Of a DNA stretch of 64,000 nucleotides, positions 57,209-64,000 are shown piece after piece. The DNA is from the human T2T-CHM13v2.0 reference genome, Homo sapiens: NCBI RefSeq assembly GCF_009914755.1, contig NC_060933.1; one strand, 5' to 3'. Numbering within the stretch: position 1 is the first letter of the stretch; the number at the start of each line of letters is the position of its first letter. The notes under the pieces were generated by a model. The model did no database searches, was not told where the DNA came from, and worked only from the letters and a program-made list of their open reading frames with translations. The position numbers were made by a program, and so were the translations under genes.

Positions 57209-57681
57209 TGTGAACCACAAACATCTGAGATAGGTTTGAGTCAATTTAGGAAGTTTATGTTGCCAAAGTTAAGGACGCATGCCCATGGCAGCCTCAGGAA
57301 GTTCTGATGACATATGCCCAAGGTAGTTGGGTCACAGCTTGGTTTTACACATTTTAGGGAGACATGAGACATCAATCAATCAATATATGTAAGATAAACG
57401 TTGGTTTGGTCCGGAAAGGCAGGACAACTCAAGCAAAGGCGGGACAGCTGGAGGCTGGGAGGGGACTATCAGGTCATTGGTACATAAAAAACAAACAGTT
57501 GTATTCTTTTGAGTTTCTGATTAGCCTTTCCAAAGGAGGCAATCAGATATGCTGCTGTCTCAGTGAGCAGAGAGATGACTTTGAATAGAATGGGAAGCAG
57601 GTTTGCCCTAAGCAGTTCTCAGTTTGACTTTTCCCTTTAGCTTACGGATTTTGGTGTCCCAATATTGATTTTCCTTTCACA
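57209..57681 (-). mobile_element. MER4A1-like ERV1 solo LTR
   Basis: Minus strand begins TGTGAAAGGAAAATCAATATTGGGACACCAAAATC..AAGCTAAAGGGAAAAGTCAA; 473 bp; TSD unclear. Confidence 0.85.
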
Positions 57682-57792
57682 AGGGATACTATATAATAAA
57701 AAGAGGCCAACTTATGAAAAGACAAACCATTTCTAAATATAGCCACGTTTAGCAGGAGTGATAGAAAGCTCTTAGCAATCTAAAAACAGAAG

Positions 57793-57978
57793 CAGTGATG
57801 TGCTAGAACTAGCCCAAGACAGTTGATTGTTAAATTGTTAGATATTTCAATTAATGTAACAATGAAAGCTTTGTATAGCGTTCATTGGGAATATTTACAC
57901 CGTGAAACTCATAAATGCCACAAACCAGTATCTCATCTCTATTCCCAGACAACTGGTTGTTAAATATTCACATCACTC
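57793..57978 (+). mobile_element. MER63-like hAT MITE
   Basis: TIR-like ends CAGTGATGTG / CACATCACT with internal GTTGTTAAA motifs. Confidence 0.6.
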
Positions 57979-58035
57979 AATAAAAGGGAACACACTCAAC
58001 CCAATAAAAGGGAACACACTCAGTCCAATAAAAGG
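57978..58035. repeat. 24-bp tandem repeat, about 2.4 copies
   Basis: CAATAAAAGGGAACACACTCA(ACC/GTC) starting at 57978, 58002 and 58026. Confidence 0.9.
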
Positions 58036-58844
58036 CATCTACGAAAATCTGCAGCTATCATTATAAGAAATTATCAAAAGCTCGTCTTTCAAAATTAGGG
58101 AAAAACGTATACTCAAGACACCTTGGTATTGATATAAATATAGACTTATAGATCACATAGAACAAAGCAGTTACTTCAAAATGGATTACTGACAACAACA
58201 CTGAATCTGACAGAAAATAAAGTCTTTAAGCAGTGGTGTTGGAACAAATGGATGTCCATATGTTACAAAAATGAATACAATGAAACACAATGCTCATCTT
58301 ATTCTGAAAACAAAAAGTAACTTGAAATAAGACTTATAGAAAATTATAGAACACTCAATATTGGTTCAAGGTGACAAAAAGTAGACCTGTGGTATGCTGT
58401 TTCTAGGGACAGAAGGGGATTTACTGCAAAGGGACATGAGGAACGTTTTTATGCTGGTCACAAATTTTTGTAATTTGGATAGTAAGTTGGTTACATGATT
58501 GTTTAAAATGATCAATGAGACTATACAATTGCTGTGAGTGTATTTTATGGTATGTAATTTAGACCTTATGAAAATTGAGTTTTTAAATTATCAAGGAAGA
58601 CCTTTTTTTCTGGTTATGATTAAATAATTTGTGACAGACCAACCTTTCCTCTAAATATCTAAACATCCATACACAAAAAGTACATTTTATGATTTCATTC
58701 TTTTAATACTCTAGAAAAAGACAAAACTATAGTGACAGAGAGCAGATCAGAGATTGCCTGGTGTCAAGCATATTAGTGAAGACATTGCCTAGGAAGGAGT
58801 GCAAGAAAACAAGACAAACATATGACTAAAAAAAAAAAAAATTG

Positions 58845-59700
58845 AAATGTTGACCATGGGTTTGTTATAGATGGCTTTTATTACTTTGATCTATGTTCCT
58901 TTTTTGCCTAGTTGTTGGGTGTTTTGTTTTTTGTGTGAAAGTATGCTGGATTTTTTCAAAAGCTTTTTCTGCATGTATCAAGATAATTATATGACTTTTG
59001 TTTTTAATTTTGTTTATGTGATGAATCATATTTATTGATTTGCACTTGTTGAACCATCTTTGCATTCCTGGAATGAGACCCACTTGATTATGGCATATTA
59101 CCTTGGTGATGTGCAGTTGGATTCAGTTGGCTAGTATTTTATTGAGCATTTTTGCATCTCTGCTCATCAGGAATATTGGTCTGCAGGTCTGTAGTTCTTT
59201 TTTAATTTTGTCGTTGTCTGGCTTAGGTATCAGGGTGATACTGCCTTCGTAGAATGAGTTAGGAAGTACTCCCTCCTTGATTTTTTGGAAGAGCTTTAGG
59301 ATGATTGATACCAGTTCTTTGTATGTTTTGTAGAATTTGGCTGTGAATTCATCTGGTCCTAGGCTCTTTTTATTACTATTATTATCACTGATTCAATCTT
59401 ACTACTTAGAAATAACAATTGATATTTCTTCCTGGTTCAAACTTAGGAGATTTTATGTTTCCAGGAATTTGTTAATTTAATCTAGGTTCTTTAGTTAGTA
59501 TAATTGTTCATAGTAGTTTCTGATGATCTTTGGTATTTCTATGGTATGAGTTGTAATGTCTCCATTTTCATGTCTAATTATGTTTATTGGTATCTTCTCT
59601 CTTCTTGGTTACCCTAACTAGTGGTCTATTAATTTTTTTTATCTTTTCAAAGAACCAACATTTCATTTCATTGATTCTTTGTATTTGATGTGTTCATCTT
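58845..59700 (-). mobile_element. L1 (PB/MA-age) ORF2 internal fragment
   Basis: Minus-strand peptide [42 protein letters not shown] (RT domain). Confidence 0.85.
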
Positions 59701-61400
59701 CAATGAAAATATACTAGGAATCAACATCTAAAAGACAACTAGAAGATCTTCATATATTCGACAAACTAAGAATATAATTCTAAGTAGCCTATGGGCTAAT
59801 TATTTTAACTAAATATTGCTTATCAAACTTTTTAATTCAGTTAAAATAGCACAGAAAAGAAAATATGTAGCTTAATATGCATATATTATAAAAATACTTA
59901 AAATTAACAGGCTAAGTATCTACCTCAGATAACAGATAACAGGCTAAGTAACACCAGAGATGTTAGAAAAAGAATGAAAAGATACAACAAAATAAATTAG
60001 AATGTATACAATATGAGTATGAGAAGAAGCTCCTAAAAAAACACAAAGACTTGATATAGTCAAAAGTTGATCCTTTTACAATTCTAGTAAAATATATAAA
60101 TCTCTGGCAAGTTGGATAGAAAAAAAAAAGAGTAAAGACAAACAAGAGTAACAAATATGTGTAATAAAATAGAAGACTGATTCAGATTCCGAAGACATTA
60201 AAATGTTTTGGAGTATATTGTGAACAATGTTTTGTTTATGAATTCAAAATATAAATGAAATATATACATTTTTAGAAAAAAAATATTTTTTTAAATTGAA
60301 GGAATCATAGAGATTTGAAAACACCTGTAACAATAAAGAAATTTGATTATTGAACAAATATTTTCATAAACAAAATTTTAGGCTCAGATGACTTCACTAG
60401 CAAGTTCTACCGAAATTCTAAACTTTTACAAACTATTCTAGAGAAGTAATTAAAAGGAAGCTTGGCCATTATCATCATTCCTATTTAATATTTTAATGGT
60501 CCTAGATAGTAGATTCAGGTTAGAGGGAGAAAAAGCCAGTAAGGACAGTGCAAGAAATAAAGATCCCAAGACAATAATTAAATGTAATTATAAAATAACA
60601 ACTAAAATAGTATTAATTCAAATCTAAAGTATATAAAAAGATAAACATCATGTGTAGGATTGGTTTATAACTAGAACATTATTATTTAAACCTAAGAAAG
60701 TCAGTCAATACAAGTCACCATACTCATAGCATATAATGAAAATTTTAAGTAAAATTTTAAGATCTGAATATATGCAAAAGGAGTAGTTGCTGTAATATAA
60801 CATTCATTCATAATTTAAAAAGTAAAGCATTGTAGATAAGGAATTAATCTAGCAAACACCATGTTTTCTGTTTTTTACCTGCCTTGCTATTTATTTTATA
60901 TTATCCTTTTGATTAATTTATAAACTTTATAGTTTGTTTTGTACACAGTCATGGTATCACAGTTAAAAAGAAAACATGGATGTGCTTGATTTTATCTGGC
61001 ATTTGTTTCTAAAAAAAAGTTTATAAAATTATAAGCATGGAAAATTTGGAAGATTATTATGCTTAATTCAGATATATTCACTGCATTTGACTGCAACATT
61101 GTCAGTATAAATTTTGAATAACAACATGCTTTGTGTTTTCATTTCATGTTGTGAAGAAATGAGGCATGACCATTACCATCATTTCTATTTAATATTTAAT
61201 ATTTTAATTGCCATAGGAAGTAAATTAAGATTAGCAAAAGCAAAAAAACCCTGATATTAAGCATTGAAAAGAAAAAGGCAAAGCTGCAAGTTTTCAGAGA
61301 CGATGTGACTGAATAAAAGAATTTTTCAAAATCCTATGATTCAATTATAATATTAGACAGTTTAGCAAGATTGCTATGTATATTATCAGTATAAAAACAT
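59700..61400 (+). mobile_element. Highly degraded L1M ORF2 fragments
   Basis: A-rich; GGCTCAGATGACTTCACTAGCAAGTTCTACC (PGPDGFT region) and other ORF2 relics. Confidence 0.6.
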
Positions 61401-62293
61401 TCTTATTTCTTCAGACAGCAGAAGAAGCATGATGCTGGCATATGCTTGTGGTAAGGACCACAGGGAGCTTACAGTCATGGTAAAAGCTGATGGGGAATCA
61501 GGCATCTCACATGGTGAGAGTGGGTGCATGAATAAACCATTTTCAAACTTACCATTTACAATTTTATATATCTATATATAACATATATAGATATTTGTAA
61601 TTATATATAACATAATAGATAAAATACATAATAAAATCTAAGTTACATTTTAATCACAACAGAAAATCATAAGCATCTGTATTTTTCATAATTTTCTTCA
61701 TGTTTACCTACACAACAAACACACACAAATACAGAATGATTTTGACACGGTTAATATTACAAGGTGAAATTATATACAGACTTCTATATATCTTAAATAT
61801 CTGCAGCAATATCTCATGGAAAACACAAATCATTCTATGGCAACTGGAATAAATATAAAATATTATTTTTTCATATCTACCTTTCCAAACAAATGGTTAC
61901 ATCATAATTTAATTATTTCTTATATAGAAGAATATTTTCTAACTTATATGAATTTTTTATCATTTAAAAAATACTGCAAAAACAGCCTCACTGCTATATC
62001 CTATACGTGTGTGTGTGTATGTATAAATATTTTATCCATAATATGTTTAATCAATAAAAAGCAAATGAGCTCAACACAAATATATGTGAATATATTTTTG
62101 CATATATTTATATGAAAACAAGAAACAAGTATGTATGCAAAAATACAAAACAGGCTATCAAAAGTTGGGTACAAGAAGCATCTAAGCTTGTAAGTCATTC
62201 AGATAGGGAATAAATAAATTTACTTTTACATGCATTTATATATGCTTATCTATGCATATAGGAATAAAACATACATAGTAATATCTGTGTATG

Positions 62294-63130
62294 TAGGCAG
62301 TCCTGTATATTACTATAGAGCGGGACCATAAAAATAACCGTAAAAACTTAAGTCATGTAAAGGGATCTTGATAATCAATGAGAAAAATTATAATTGTTTC
62401 GTGGTCTTTAAAAATTATTTTCCAAGACATTAAAAACACTCTTATTGGTAGTTATGAATATATATGAAAATTAAAAATTAGTGCAACTGACATTTATTTT
62501 ATACAATGTTAATTAAAACATTAGAAACATTTATGAATTATTTCCTTATTAAAACTGATTAAGAATAGTTTGAAGAGCTCTTGTTTTCTTCTCATTGTTT
62601 AACTTGTGATAAGAAGTGAATATCTTTATATACTTTGGTGAATTATGGTATCCTTTTATAATTTGGATCAACTTCCAACATGTTATTCTTTGCACTTTAA
62701 ATGTGATTTGATATCTCCAAGAATGATTCTAATGTGAAATTTTCTGTTGATATGACTTCTTCTGTAACATCTTTATCCTTTTCCACATATGCACTTTCTC
62801 ATTTATATGTTCCACTAGATTTATTTAGCAACATATCCACAGTGTCTTAAACTATGGGAGTGTCAATATTTCCGTGGTTTCCTATTTCATCAATTAACTC
62901 TACTTACATCAATTCCAATTTTACTTCTGGTGTTATCACTTTTTGTTTTATTGCTGTGCTTGTATCCTTGTTGGCTAATTTCCTGTTTGGAGTAACTTCT
63001 TATAAAATGTCATGTGACCTTATTACTGGATGCAAAAAGGCAGCATGACTATGTGGTTTGCTGCTGTTGTGTGAACTGAATAAAATGTGCGCAGTAACCA
63101 ATAACTGACAGACTTGAAAGAAATAACCTG
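62294..63130 (+). mobile_element. Tigger6-like DNA transposon relic
   Basis: AGGCAGTCCT...GCGGGACCATAAAAATAACCGT...ATAATCAATGAGAAAAATTA start; right boundary approximate. Confidence 0.65.
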
Positions 63131-63284
63131 ATTTTTTTTTTTGCGCAGAGGTGGGTTTTGGTCTCTCTCTAGTTGGCCCTGCCACTGCCAGCTGCAACTG
63201 CATTCCTGATTGCCTAGAAAGAAGATCCTTTGAAATCTGACATCTGTATCCAGACAGCAACATAATGATTCTGTAGCCAAGTTA

Positions 63285-63430
63285 GAAATAAGAATGGCTC
63301 TTGCACCTGCTCTCACCATGTAAAACGCCTGCTTCCCCATCACTTTTCAGCATGACTATAATCTCTCTAAAGTCCTCACCACAAGCAGATACGAGCACTA
63401 TACTTTTTGTGCCATCTGAAGAACTGATTC
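63285..63430 (+). mobile_element. MST-type MaLR LTR fragment
   Basis: CTCACCATGT..CCTGCTTCCCC..CATGACT..CCTCACCACAAGCAGAT. Confidence 0.6.
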
Positions 63431-63499
63431 CGGAACCTAAATGCTTAAACACCAACTGTTTGGTCTGGTTATAAGAAAGTGGGTAAATTTTATACTCAA

Positions 63500-64000
63500 A
63501 AATTTTAGAAATTATCGAGTTTAGAGAGCGTATGGAGAGTTGATGCTGAAGCCAAAGTTGAAGAGAGAGGAATTTGGCAACACTGCACAGAGTGCTTAAA
63601 GGTTAGGGCTAGTTCCCACCCTCAAATGGCTCCTGGGAACGGCAGCATGGCTATGAATGCCAGGGAGTATCAAAGAGCCATGAGGTTGGGTATTTGCCTA
63701 GCTACTTACTGGCCATTAGTCTTAATCATCATCTGCTACTAAATCACATCCCACAATACAACACCAAAAATTATCCTCTTAACATATACACCTGTGAAAC
63801 GAAGTGCAAAAATTCACCCACACATCAAGATCCTGTAAAGAGCTCAGGCCCCTTGAAAGCATCCAGAAATGAAGCTAACTGACTATACTTAACTCACACC
63901 ACCGTTAAAGGAATATCAACCCTCCTAGATGAGACAGAAATTAGTGCAAGAACTCTGGCCATCCAAAAAACCGGAGTATTCTCTTACCTCCAAAAAAGCC
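63500..64000 (+). mobile_element. Old L1 (PB/MA-type) 5'UTR into the ORF1 start; runs off the window
   Basis: AGATGAGACAGAAATTAGTGCAAGAACTCTGGC..CAAAAAACCGGAGT..CTTACCTCCAAA resembles an L1PB ORF1 start. Confidence 0.55.

Noticed and set aside
59905-59950. TAACAGGCTAAGTA duplicated with an internal CAGATAA repeat
   Set aside because: Ordinary slippage-scale duplication in decayed L1

Overview
AT-rich hominoid (human or great-ape type) non-coding DNA dominated by interspersed repeats. I can support no host protein-coding exon, RNA gene or CRISPR array; the ORF track is explained by repeat-derived or chance ORFs. Contents: two complete MaLR proviruses (THE1D-like 578-2867, THE1C-like 47598-49831), solo LTRs (MER11, MER68, MER41A, MLT2A1, MER4A1), about 11 Alus, several 5'-truncated L1s, DNA-transposon relics, and one L1PA2-like element with an intact 5' end nested in an older L1 tail. 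Subfamily names come from my recall of consensus sequences and were not confirmed by a database search. I found no new multi-gene biological system. The most notable signals are rearrangement footprints readable from the sequence: (i) the L1PA2 has lost about 2 kb internally and the break is bridged by a 19-nt inverted piece of the deleted region; (ii) a truncated L1 carries a 37-bp inverted copy of its own upstream flank at the 5' junction; (iii) a 140-bp direct duplication about 1 kb apart; (iv) a 12-bp scar of an almost completely deleted Alu; (v) a possible short L1 3' transduction.
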